Source: Octopus sinensis
Taxonomy: Eukaryota
Length of the DNA: 64,000 nucleotides
Reading direction: 5' to 3'
Assembly (NCBI RefSeq): GCF_006345805.1
Contig: NC_043008.1
Location: 40,982,001-41,046,000, forward strand
Numbering within the stretch: position 1 is the first letter of the stretch; each line of letters opens with the position of its first letter. Below the pieces are notes generated by a model that saw only the letters and a list, made by a program, of their open reading frames with translations, made no database searches and was not told the origin of the DNA. A program made the translations under genes and the position numbers. This document shows positions 40,757 through 52,850 of this stretch, piece by piece.

Positions 40757-40767
40757 CTGAAATCCAT
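40757..40767 (-). CDS. Tentative first coding exon: ATG GAT TTC AG (MDF-S)
   Basis: ATG in a good Kozak context (gccgctATGG) followed by a weak donor AG|GTTTTC. Phase 2 fits the exon at 39794-39834, and it lies just downstream (on the minus strand) of an E-box in a CpG-rich patch. Confidence 0.27.
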
Positions 40768-40769
40768 AG

Positions 40770-40940
40770 CGGCGAGACTACGAGAAACTAGGTATACGGG
40801 TCACGTGGTCTGTTTGTTTTGAGGCGATGATTCCTATCATTTATTTATTTTGGACTCTGCAAAGGTGAGGATTAGCAAAATGGCGACATCCATGGCGATA
40901 GCCACAACGTCGACGTTTCACGACATCGATGACAATGACG
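40770..40940. promoter_or_regulatory. Possible (bidirectional) promoter-like CpG-rich segment
   Basis: GTCACGTGG E-box at 40800-40808, YY1-like CAAAATGGCG at 40876-40885, plus-strand donor-like AAG|GTGAGG at 40865, and visibly more CpG than the surrounding DNA. Confidence 0.3.
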
Positions 40941-40959
40941 ATGGTGGTGGTGGTGGTGG

Positions 40960-40996
<37 letters not shown>

Positions 40997-41345
40997 GGTG
41001 GTGAGCGATAATGATGATGATGAAGGTATGGTGGTAGCGATAATGATGAGTAGGATGATAAGGAGGAGGAGGATGGGGATGAGGAGGATGATGAGGAGGG
41101 GGAGGTGGCGGAGGAGGATGCGGAGGAGGAGGGGACAGGAGGAGGTGGAAGAGGAGGATGAGGAGGGGCAGGAGGAGGTGGAAGAGGAGGAAGAGGAGGG
41201 ACAGGAGGAAGAGGAAGAGGGGAGGGGGAGGGACAGGAGGAAGAGGAAGAGGGGAGGGGAGGGACAGGAGGAAGAGGAAGAGGGGGAGGGGGAGGAGGAG
41301 AATAAGAAGAAGGGAGAGGAGGAGGAGGAGGAGGAGGAGGAAAAG
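40930..41345. repeat. (GGT/GAT)n then purine-rich (GAG/GGA)n low-complexity tract
   Basis: Seen directly; includes repeated ggacaggagga(g/a)g..gaagagg units. Confidence 0.9.
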
Positions 41346-44059
41346 CAATTGCAAAGATTGTCAGTCTTTTTTTCTTGTGAAATTTTTAAAACCCAGAATA
41401 TAGAGCGTACACATGTGGAAAGTAGAATTTTGTTCTCAGGAACAACAGCATCTACATCAATGAAAAAGTCACAAATTTAATGACCGCCATCGCGATTCGC
41501 TGCTGTGTAGTAATATTATTTAATGAGTCCAGTGATTGCCAGTTTGTCCAAGTTACATTTAGAGGAAAAATGGAATCTGTCACTTACATCTACTGAATCA
41601 AGTCATCGTCCTCTTTTTCGCTTATAGCGACGAAACTTTCCGCTATGGTTTTAACAATCTAAAGTTCAATGGAGTGAGACGCAAATTCATAAAAAGCAAA
41701 TAAAAACGCACAAATACTGTCTATACTTTATTTCATAAAGAGGTTTTATTGCTCAAAACACAGCACTGGTGACCGTATACGAACTATCGACACCAAAGCT
41801 GATGCATTTTTTCAGTCAGTATCCTTGAAATTGTCTCATCGTGGTTATTTTTAAACCGTTTCTATTTATTCGATTTTTTCATATAACCAAGTGTGGTGAA
41901 CTCTTAGTGACTGTATGGCTGAATGTCTTGGTTGTTTACCATAATGATGAATTAATTTTTCGTCCAGTGTTATAAAATTGTAACTTTATCAAACCACTGA
42001 ATATTAATGAGACACTGAAGTAGAAAGCAATAAAAAAACTATGCGAATAAATTCAGCTCCGACTGATTTTTATGGTGGAATTTAGGTTCAATGTTTCTAT
42101 ATTTTGTTTGGGTTATTTCTTGTGTTTTTTCGTTTGTTTGAATTGTAATTAGAATTTCTTTTTAAGTTGTTTTCATTTATATATTTTGTTTTCTTTTATG
42201 TTATTATACGTTTCACTCATTCTTGAACTTCTACTGTTCTTAAGCAACCCAAAGAAAAAATACAAAAATGAGAAAAAATATTAGAATTGTCTTCATGCTG
42301 TTAAAGATATATATATATATATATATATCCTGTGTTTGTGTGTGTGTTTGGTTGTGTTGGTGTATGGGTAGTTGGGTGTGTGCACATATGTGCGAGTTTT
42401 GTGACCTGGGATATCAAATGCGTATGTAGTGTATGTGTCCGCGTTTGAGTGTGCGTGTATATATGTGACTTAGTAAATATGTGACTGTTTAACTGTTCTT
42501 CTTTAGTACACTGCAGTCTGAATATTTTATGGAGAATTTTTATTTCGTCTGGGAGACATGTTTATATCGTTCTGGTAACAGGTTCACAATGTTAGAGTAG
42601 AGTGTCTATCATTTGGCGTCAAGGAACTTCCATACACAGCCCATTTAATATGTCTATAATGCGCTATATATAGGCGTCAGGAAGGGTATTTCAGACAATT
42701 TTACACAATCATATATTTTTATCCAGTATTACGCTCTCTAATATTCCTTCTAGTTGTTTTTCCTATCGAGAAAACATCATTTTGCCATAAGGTAATTTGA
42801 AAGAAAAGAAAAAAAAAATGACTAGAATTAGTGTGTAATATCACATTTATTTGGTATCCGCCATAATATCAATCTTAGATTCCTACGCAGTTAGAATTTT
42901 TCACCGATGTCCACAGTTTTTCATGTTCTTATTGCATCACTAACAGATTGTACAAGCTTTAAGAACATCACATTTTTATGAAATAAAACTTTGTAAAATT
43001 TTGAAATTATACCCCATCTCCCTCAGGACCGATTTGGGCCAATTTTTTAAAACTTAAAGACCGTAGGTGAGGCATTTTCGGTAAATACAAACAAATGTAA
43101 ATATTTTCAGAGGAAAAGCGATACGATACAAGGGAGATTTGGCTGATGTTTCTAGTACATACCAAACCACCCTCAGTTTTCACTCTCACATGTATTGATA
43201 TTTTCTCAGTATTTTTCTGCCATTAAACATTTTATGGAATGGTGATGCCGAAGTAGCACACGCGTGGTTCGTTGGTAGAATATACGCAACCAAGATGTAG
43301 TAATATCAATTTTTACCCCCAACTCGATAAAGTGAATCCGAGTGTGAATGTAAGAAAAAACACACTTTCTAACAGAAAAGCATGCTATTAAAATGGATTA
43401 TCGTTTATATACCATGTGGATAAATTCCAGCAATGACATTCTGAGACTCTCTAATATTTTAATCTTCGAACAGAAATAATCGGAGACAGGGAGCGGAGTT
43501 TGAAAAAAATCATAATCTTTCAAATTTTTTTCGTGCATATAAATGTATTAAAAGGGAGAGAAATGTTGAAAAACATCAATGTATTCGAGAGTAGGAAAGA
43601 AACGAGGTGGGTTATCTTGGGATGTGCTAAAAACAACAACCCGGGTCTGCGTGTATCACAATTAAGGCTAGAGATGGGGACGTTGATTTCCGTTCGGAAA
43701 TATTGTGCGAGCACGGACAGTGTGTCGTTAGCCAGCCCGAGGAGACGTCTTCCAGGGTCTATAAACTACAGTAGAATCGTCACATATGGATCAGCCACAT
43801 TTAGGAAGGGAAAGTGACAGAGTAATAGGATAGAACAGTGGGCGAAGAGAAGCTCTTTCCCTCACTCCTCCCCACTTACTCACGTGGCGCCCACGTGACC
43901 GCCAGCCATCTTTCTTTCTTCTCCTACCTTGTGTTTCTTTCTGACTCTCCGTTGTAGCTGGAACAAGGAAGACGTGTTCTTGTCTGTCTACAGTCCAAGC
44001 TTGATTTACGCGTTCGTCACCATAACCTCCATTAGGCTTAGTCGAATATGTGTATGAAA

Positions 44060-45045
44060 CAGGGGGTGCGGCAGCACTTCCCAGACATGGCTTCCTTGGT
44101 CATATTGGCGATATGAGGGCGGGCGTTATCATGCAACAGAAGAACTTCATGGTGCCGATTAGGTCTTTTCTCTTGAATAGCCGTGTTGAGTCGTTCCATC
44201 TTTTGAACATAGAGTTCCGCGTTGACCGTTTGGTTCCGTTCAAGCATATTGTAATGGATAAACACTTCCCAATCCGACCATACGCACAACATCGTTTTAC
44301 ATGGATAAAGATGTTTCATGCGCGGTGTCGCTTGTTTACCGGGGCTAAGTCATTCCTTACGCTACTTCATATTGATGTACAGGCACCATTTTTCTTCGCC
44401 AGCAAGAATTCGGTAAAGAAATCGTTGCTCGTGTCCATGAGTTGAGCGGTGACGAGCAAGCAAACCAGCGGAGATTGTGGTTGGTTGATTTTTGTTGTTG
44501 TCACTTAAAGCATACGGAATCCATGCTCCATACATCTGAACATTTCCCATCGAGTGAAGATGCCTCTTGATACCAGTGTGAGACCATTCCATTCTCTCTG
44601 CCAGTTCCCTTATCGTTTGACGAGAATTTTGGTGCAAAATTTGGTTTAATCGCTCTTCATCGAACTCAACTGGATGGCCAGATCAAGGTGCATTTTTGAG
44701 GTCAAAATTTCCATTTTTTAACTTGGCAGACCAATCGCAAGAGGTTCTTTCAGCTACAGCACCCTCTCCATACACAGCACAAATGTCGCGAGCAGCTTTT
44801 GCGGCCTTAGAACCTTGATTAAGAGCCAAAAGAAGTATGTGTCGCAAATGCTCGTTTTTCTTAACTTGACATTCCATTTTAATGATCTGAAAATAAAGAA
44901 AAAATAACTAAGATTAACTAGAAACAAAAAATAGATTCCAAAATGATTCATAAATAGAATTCTCGAAAAAAATAGATTCCAAAATTTTAAAATGCAATAA
45001 ATTCCAAAATTTAAAGAAACGACGGGAACTTAATTGACAACTAAG
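44060..45045 (-). mobile_element. Mariner (DD34D-type) transposon, decayed and 3'-truncated
   Basis: TIR-like aaacgacgggaacttaattgacaactaag near 45017-45045. ORF pieces KAARDICAVYGEGAV, RELAE..RHLHSMG..GAWIPYAL, RILAGEEKW and LLLHDNARPH. Stops just after EVLPHP. Confidence 0.9.
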
Positions 45046-45074
45046 TATCCACCGTTTTTTTAATTGTGGAATTT

Positions 45075-45094
45075 ATAGATAGGTACATAGGTAC

Positions 45095-45151
<57 letters not shown>

Positions 45152-45168
45152 CAGGCAGACAGACAGAC

Positions 45169-45234
<66 letters not shown>

Positions 45235-45236
45235 GC

Positions 45237-45281
<45 letters not shown>

Positions 45282-45310
45282 TAGATAGATAGACAGGCAG
45301 ACAGACAGAC

Positions 45311-45376
<66 letters not shown>

Positions 45377-45378
45377 GC

Positions 45379-45440
<62 letters not shown>
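45075..45440. repeat. (GATA)n/(GACA)n compound array
   Basis: Seen directly; periodic aggcagacagacag interruptions. Confidence 0.95.
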
Positions 45441-45442
<2 letters not shown>

Positions 45443-46652
45443 GCAGAGCTTATGTCTGAGAGCATGTATTGAGTTATTTATAATTCACTTAGTCTATAGA
45501 TCACGCCTACAGAACATATTTATTTGCATGTGTTTATAGGTGCACTATTTAAATACAGCTTGTAATCGCTTTCAGAACAACAAAATATGTATCAGGAAAT
45601 ATAAATCTTTAAAACTAATTGATTTTTAGTATTCACATTGTATAGTGTACATTAAATATTTCAACACTACTATGTTCCTCTGAACGAAATTGAAGCAAGC
45701 AGTATTATGTACAAAACTTATAACGATAGAAAAAAGAAATAACATGAAAATTGAAATGACATCTCATTTCGTAAGATAACGACACAATAAAATTTGTAAA
45801 TTCGGCATTCCTCTTCTATAGATTCCTTTGTAAAAGAACAATAGAAAAATTGTCATATGATTTTAATTATTATATTCATCGTGCATGATACTGACCGGGT
45901 TTATAATGGGTCGCAAGTGTATTATTTAAATCGTAATTATTTGAGCGAATGGAGGACTTTTCTAACATCAATCAATGGTTCTGAAATGATTTATATCTTT
46001 CCTTAACGAGGAAATTTGCTTAATATTTCTTTTTTTTTTGGTTTTGCTTATATGAATTATTTAAATATAGACGGTTGTTAATCTCGTTTGCTTGATGACT
46101 TAAAAAGTCTTCTCATGATGTATTTTGTATTTTACTGGAGAACATTCAGATGAATGTGCGCTCTTACAAGGCCAAATCTACGTATATATATATATATATA
46201 TGATCTTGCAAACGTTATACTATACAATGCTACGTAAGTATTTATCTTTCGTTGCCAGCGAGATATGACCTACACGTATTTATATATCTAGCTGCGTGCT
46301 TCCCATTGCTTAGTTCTCATCTGCCTAATGTGAGTTAAACTAAACATATGTTATGTAAGCATTATTCGAAATCTTTTAAAATTATTATCATTAAGCACAC
46401 ACACACTTATACAAATACCCCTGTGATTGGCAATCTGTTTAAGCTTAACAAGTTTCTGTTATTACAGAACTCTTTCGTTTCAGTATAGACTATCTTCTGC
46501 ATTAAAAAGTGCACTGAGTATGGTTTGATACAACATATTCGACTGGTTCACAGTTTCAAATACTGGGTAAATCTGCTTTGTCGGATGTGAAGCTGTCAAA
46601 TTAAATAAAGTAAATCAAAGTTTTATAATTTGTTATATAATATATTTGTTAT

Positions 46653-47030
46653 GCGGAGGCGCAATGGCCCAGTGGTTAGGCCAGCGGACTCGCAGTCTTA
46701 GGATCGCGGTTTCGAATCCCAGTCCGGACGTTGTGAGTGTTTATTGAGCAAAAACACCTAAAGCTCCACGAGGCCCCGGCAGCCGGTGGTGAACCCTGCA
46801 GTATTATTTCATCACAACTTTCTCTCATTCTTTCTTCCTCTTTCGATTGTACCTGTATTTCAGTGGGCCAGCCTTGTCACACTCTCTGTCACGCTGAATC
46901 TCCTCGAGAACTACGTTAAAGTTACGCGTATCTGTGGTGTGCTCAGCCACTTGCACTTTAATTTCACGAGCAGGCTGTTCTGCTGTTCGGATCACCTGGA
47001 ACAGTCGTCGTCGTAACCGACGGAGTCCCA
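46653..47030 (+). mobile_element. SINE family C (tRNA-derived head, different body), full length
   Basis: gcggaggcgcaatggcccagtggttagg (A box) ..ggtttcgaatccc (B box) ..ttgagcaaaaacacctaa.. ending gtcgtaaccgacggagt. Confidence 0.88.
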
Positions 47031-47264
47031 CCATATTTGTTATATAATATGATACAAACAAGCCATATCATATATTAATTAGCAAGTACTTTTCCAACAG
47101 AAATTATCACCTGCTGATGTCGATTTTCCTTGATTGTTATTGTTTAGAAATTTTCTGCCAAGGAACGATCTTGGCTGCTTATATATGGTACGAAAATAAC
47201 GTTGATATTTTGCTCAAAACATTCCATACCCCTTCTTACAAAATAAATTCAAGTTTCGATAATA

Positions 47265-47818
47265 TTGAGTTGTGCGGAAAGTTCGTACCGATTTTTAAAT
47301 GAAAGGAAAAGGTCAATAAATATTTGCCATTATATTTTTAATCAACCAAATATGAACCATTTTGTTGCACAATGCTTCTCCATCTTTCCTTTAACTTGAA
47401 AATACACTCTTCCCAGAATTGAGGTGGTTTCATGGCAAAGAATTCATCAACGCATCTTTTTACATCAGCCAAAGAATTGAAATTTTTAACATGAAGACTA
47501 TTCTGCAGCCACCTGAATAAGTAGAAATCCGAAGGAGCAATATCTGGTGAATATGGAGGGTGGGGTAACATATCCCAGCAGAGCTGCAACAATTTGTGTC
47601 TGGCAACCAAAGCATCAAGTGCCGAAAATGACATTTCTGATCTTCCATTTTAAAGTGTTACAGAATTAACACAGGTTATAGGAACATAAACATTCTTCCA
47701 CGAAAAGATAGCTTAAACTGTGCTCTAAGTGTAGATGTAGTCAAATCCTATTTTATGGTCTCAAATAAGTCGAAACGTTAGCCACTATAAATCGGCACGA
47801 ACTTTCTGGACAACCCAA
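47265..47818 (-). mobile_element. Internally deleted mariner with both TIRs and TA flanks
   Basis: Imperfect 27-bp TIRs ttgagttgtgcggaaagttcgtaccga / tcggcacgaactttctggacaacccaa, with TA at 47263-64 and 47819-20. Internal ORF carries LPHPPYSPDIAPSDFYLF..ERW..NGSYLVD. Confidence 0.92.
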
Positions 47819-48900
47819 TATTAGCCACGATAGAAAAAAAGTATTGATGAATAACATTGTATCCTGATCGGATTCTAGTTGCGAAAAAAAACAGAAATGA
47901 CAGTTACTGAGACAATGACAGTACATTCGTGTCCAGCCATTTCATAGGCACGTGAAAATGTGAACTATATCCTCTACAAATAACAGTAGTGACATCTTGA
48001 AGTAGAAAATGCTTGTTGTAGTCAGACATAGACTCTACTTGAGAAAGAAAAATGCTTTGTGATGGTTTGATTGCATGTGTTTACAGATCTGCTACATCGT
48101 GTCCCGCTTTGAGTTATAATGCAGCTAAAGAAGCAACGGGTTATCATTGAAGGAGAATTTCTGTTTACTATGTTTACTGTGTTTACAATCACTATAATTC
48201 AATGTTTTCAAAATGTGTCCCCATTATCTGTAGTAATATTAAACAATTATTACTGAAATAGCAGCCTCAACTTATTTCCTGCAAATTTGCCTAAATGATA
48301 CGTATGTGTTTTTCTTTCTAAATCATGTGTAATAAAATAGGAAATGCAATCGAGAGTTTAGAATTTATGAGAAAACTTCTAGGAATAAGTATGACTTTTT
48401 ACTAATAGTCTATGGTACATTATGTAACTTACTTTATTTAGGCATCTGTTAAAATATCATATTTCCTGTTAAAAGATATTAACGAATAAAAGGAAAATTT
48501 ATTTCAATGTGCTGACTCTTGGAATTCACAATTTAAAAATAATAACTTTAAACAGATTACTCTATACGGTAACAAACATTCCACATAATAAATGGCAATA
48601 GGTCTACCCACAGAATTTTAATCATATTTGTAAAATAACTTCTTTTGGATAAACACAAATACAGATGGGTAATTCAAATAGAAGAACATTTTCAATTATT
48701 TTTTGCCACCAACGGGGATTTGAATTTAACTAGTTATTCAATTGAATGTGAACAAACAAAACACGAAAAATTATTATTTTTATAGCTGAGAAGATACAAA
48801 CTAAATCGATTCCATATTACCAGTTACTGGCTAATATAAAAATAGCGATGCCAAAAAATGGCAGTTCTGACTATACCAAAGTGTTTTTATAGTAGCATAT

Positions 48901-48934
<34 letters not shown>

Positions 48935-49160
48935 AGATATAGTATCTCATGAGGTAAACTCGCACAAAAATATGATAACGATGCCAGTAAAATTGTAGCT
49001 TCAGTATATTTTTAGATATCTTATTGCCAAAGAAATGAAAATAAAACTTTTGTTCGATGTTTTTTTGTTTTTCCACAAACTAAAAAATATAGTCTATTTT
49101 TAACAAGTCACATCTGATTAAAATAGCAGTACCAGTAGATTTACTGTATGTCCATATATA

Positions 49161-49339
49161 GACGCAGTTGCGGTTGCGTAGTAAATAGTTTGTTTCCCAG
49201 CCAGATTATTTCGAGGTTTGTCCCGCTGCGTGACAACTTCGGCAGTTGTCTTCTACTAGAGCCTCGTGAGGGTATTTGAAAGACGGAAACTGAAAGAAGT
49301 CGTATATGTATTTGGGCGTAAATATGTTTAGCTGTCCAG

Positions 49340-49392
<53 letters not shown>

Positions 49393-49590
49393 TGTGTGTT
49401 TTTTTGTTTGTACTATCGCACCACCGCTTGACAACCGATGCGAGTTTGTTTCCGTCCCCATAATATAGTAGTTCGGCAAAATTCACCGAGAGAATAAGTA
49501 ACAACTTAAGAAGTAAGTACGTCGTTTGATTTGTTCGACTAAAACAGTTGAACGTGTGGTCGCAGTATGGACACAGCCTGAAACAATTAA
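49161..49590 (+). mobile_element. SINE family A, diverged
   Basis: Degenerate head and core, internal (TG)n, ttgacaaccgatg..cggcaaaa..ataagta tail. Confidence 0.75.
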
Positions 49591-51483
49591 AAATTGAAAT
49601 ATATTATATTTAAGTACTGATAGAATTCGAGGAGATGGCAGACGATGTTTATAGAATATTGATTGAATTAAGGAAGGCTAAAATTATGTTCGTACCATCC
49701 ATCCTTCACAAAAATCAAGGTCGCATCACATCACAACTCTACGACAAAACTATTCATCACACCTGACCCTTCTCTCTTTAACATTGTGCTCTGGAAGAAT
49801 ATCTCCAACAAATTCTGAATGTACCACATGCTTCCAGATATATCCCTACAGATATTACATCTTTAATCGAATGGCTATGGTAGCGAAAGAATGACTTAAT
49901 GAAACATCATTAAATATTTTGCCCAAGTGGTGCTATTAAGCTAGTCAATAGCTGGGTCCAATTCAGGCCGAAACTTATCTACGGATCAAAGTAGTATGTA
50001 TCTTAGCCGACGTCCTTCTTCGTTCCGAAATTTCATATGATAAAGAATAAACAATATTCGACAATCACCATAGCAACTTCTGTTCATCTCATTGCTGAAG
50101 CTAATGATTTCCCACCGCAATTATTTTTGGCGATACATTTATATCAGAGAATGGAAATAGATCGGAAGCTTTAAAATTGGCGAGTACTTAAAGAGAGAAT
50201 AACTTGGAGAACAAGAGTAATTAGACGATTATGAATTTATCTACAAATTAATAAATTTGATTAAACGTGCTGATGAATTTTCCCAGTTAGTTTACGTAGA
50301 GTGATTGACAGGCCTGCTGAAAATAGCTGATCTAGCTGATTACAATAGGAAGTGGCTATTAGAGAAACTAAATGATTTCTGTATAAAAGGGAAACATTTA
50401 TTGTGAAATATTAAGTCATGGCAAATTACTCCAGAGATATTCGAAACCATGAAAGTGCATTTTATAATCTCAAAAATGTATTAAGAATGCTAAATCCTCC
50501 ATCTCTTAAGCATAAATTCAAGCAAAGTTTATTTTTATGTAGAACATGTGAAGGTTGTGATAATTTTCGATATCATCCATTAAGTTTTGTTAAACTCCGA
50601 TTTCAGGAAAAGTCATGTTTCACATATAAGAGGATATTGAACAGTGATTAATTGACAATGAAAAAAAGAAAATTATTTTACAGTTACATGACAGTTGAGA
50701 TAATAATATTTCATATGGAACATTAGGGACCCGTATTCTTGACAGCAGAACTGTAAAAGCATTAGTATCGTAAATAAACAATTATTTGCTTTTGGGGAGG
50801 TGGAATGTTTTTGGTATATTTAAGCAAGGGATTATGAATACTAGGTCAAAATTTGCGTCGTTCATTTACCAAATAATTATAACGGTGATTCATAGTTTCT
50901 TGAAGAGTGACTGAAATCAACGCGAACGCCAGATATCAACTGAAATCAACGGAAATCCCGTCGAAATTCTGCATGGGAAATAGGTGTGTGTCATAGGGGT
51001 CAATTATGTAGAGATCATTTGGAAACACTCTATAACTGTACAATGCAGCGAGAACAGAAAATCTACATGTAAACCGAATATATAATAACACATCTAGTTC
51101 TGTTTCTGTTAAACTTCCTAGAAGATTCCAATACATTTATTTCCTGTGAAGAATGCAGACACTTAAATTTTCGTGCATTTGTCATTCGATTGAGTGGGAC
51201 TGGGATAGAACAGACGTTGCATTGTCTGTTATCCTACTTCACAGTCAATGGTCAAAATGCCGAATCGTTAGCGTATTCATTTTCCACGCTTATTTAACTT
51301 AAGCAACTCTTTCATAAATATTCCTTTGTAGTGATTCTTATTGGCAGTTGTCCCGGATTCCTTCTGTAACCTAATTTATATTACGTGGTGTGTATATTAT
51401 TGAATTCAGTAATATACTCTACAGGCTCCAAAAGTTTCAAAAGTTAAACTGAATTTAGTTTTACCAACTTATATATCTATTTC

Positions 51484-52098
51484 TTTACTACCCACAAGGG
51501 GTTAAACACAGTGGGGACAAACAAGGACAGACAAACGGATTAAGTTGATTACATCGACCCCAGTACGTATCTGGTACTTAATTTATCGACCCCGAAAGGA
51601 GGAAAGGCAGAATCGACCTCGGCGAAATTTGAAGTCAGAATGTAACGGCAGACGTAATACGGCTACGCATTTCGCCCGGCGTGCTAACGTTTCTGCTAGC
51701 TCGCCGCCTTCTTATATATCACTGACCGACTTATATATATGTTACCAACTTATATATCACTGACGACATGTTTGCCTGTGTTGCAGTCCTAACTGCAACG
51801 TCTATTAATTTCAACAAAATGCCTTAATATCTAAATAAACTACGGCCGCGTAAAGTCATCATAGGGAAACTGGAGGCTATGAATTCTATCATATGAATTA
51901 AAAAAATCGTTATATATTGCAATTTTGGCGGAAGGCCAGTAATTTCGGACGAGGGTTACATCGATTATATCGATCCCAGCACCCAACTGGTACCTTTTGT
52001 ATCAACTCTGAAAGGACGAAAGGCAAAGCCGACCCCGGTGGAATTAGAACCTACAACGTAAAGACGGACGAAATATTGCTAAGCACTTTGACCAGCAG
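51484..52098 (-). mobile_element. Two SINE family B copies (51484-51709 well preserved; about 51930-52098 diverged)
   Basis: Same head and core on the minus strand. Confidence 0.82.
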
Positions 52099-52699
52099 GA
52101 TAATATACTGCAAATATTAGCAACTGATATGTATCGTGTTGTCTATCATAGCGGATTCCTGCCTAAACACATGCACAAAGCTGATTTCTGTTACTCAAAT
52201 TTTATTTTTGTTTACAATTTTACATTTAATTTCTTTACATCTTTAATTATCCCATTTAGTTGTGATATTCCTCAAAGTGTAAATTGAAAGCAATATTAGA
52301 TGAAACAAAGGAGAAATCAATATATCTGAAAGTGGTTCTAAGATTTTTTTGCAAAAAATATTACGTTGTATATTGCATTTATAATTGTTGTTGACAGGTC
52401 TTGTCAGATTTGACTTTAGCGTCTTTTAATTGAAGTGCATTTGTCTGGCTCATAAAACAATTAACGTCATGATCATCAACATTAATATTTCATCCTCCTA
52501 ATTGTTTCTCGTCCTCCTCGTCGTTATACTGTTCATCCTGCTCGTAAATTTCTTCACCATTACCAACACTACCACCACCACCACCACCATCATCATTGTC
52601 ATCGTCACCATCAATATTCCAGCAATCATACTCTTCATGATGCTTCTCAACCTCTTAACTTTCATCTTCAATCTTCTGCACATTATCACATTGTCGTCG

Positions 52700-52850
52700 C
52701 TGTCGTCTTCTTCTTCTTCTTCTTCTTCTTCTTCTTCTTCTTCTTCTTCTTCTTCTTCTTCTTCTTCTTCTTCTTCTTCTTCTTCTTCTTCTTCTTCTTC
52801 TTCTTCTTCTTCTTCTTCTTCTTCTTCTTCTTCTTCGTCGTCGTCGTCGT
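52700..52850. repeat. (TCT)n array within a CAT/CAC-rich tract
   Basis: Seen directly. Confidence 0.95.

Noticed and set aside
40929-41480. 183-aa acidic/basic ORF
   Set aside because: Built from GAT/GGT/GAG simple repeats; no domain or splice support.
44038-44877. SETMAR-like host gene
   Set aside because: Only mariner transposase pieces with frameshifts, altered catalytic motifs and a TIR; no SET domain.
46419-46496. 78-nt minus-strand exon-like frame (KIVYTETKEFCNNRNLLSLNRLPITG)
   Set aside because: Weak GTATTT donor and upstream of the preferred ATG; no independent support.
46653-46730. tRNA gene
   Set aside because: A and B boxes are present but the sequence continues into a SINE body shared with other copies; no complete cloverleaf or terminator. 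The same applies to the other SINE heads.
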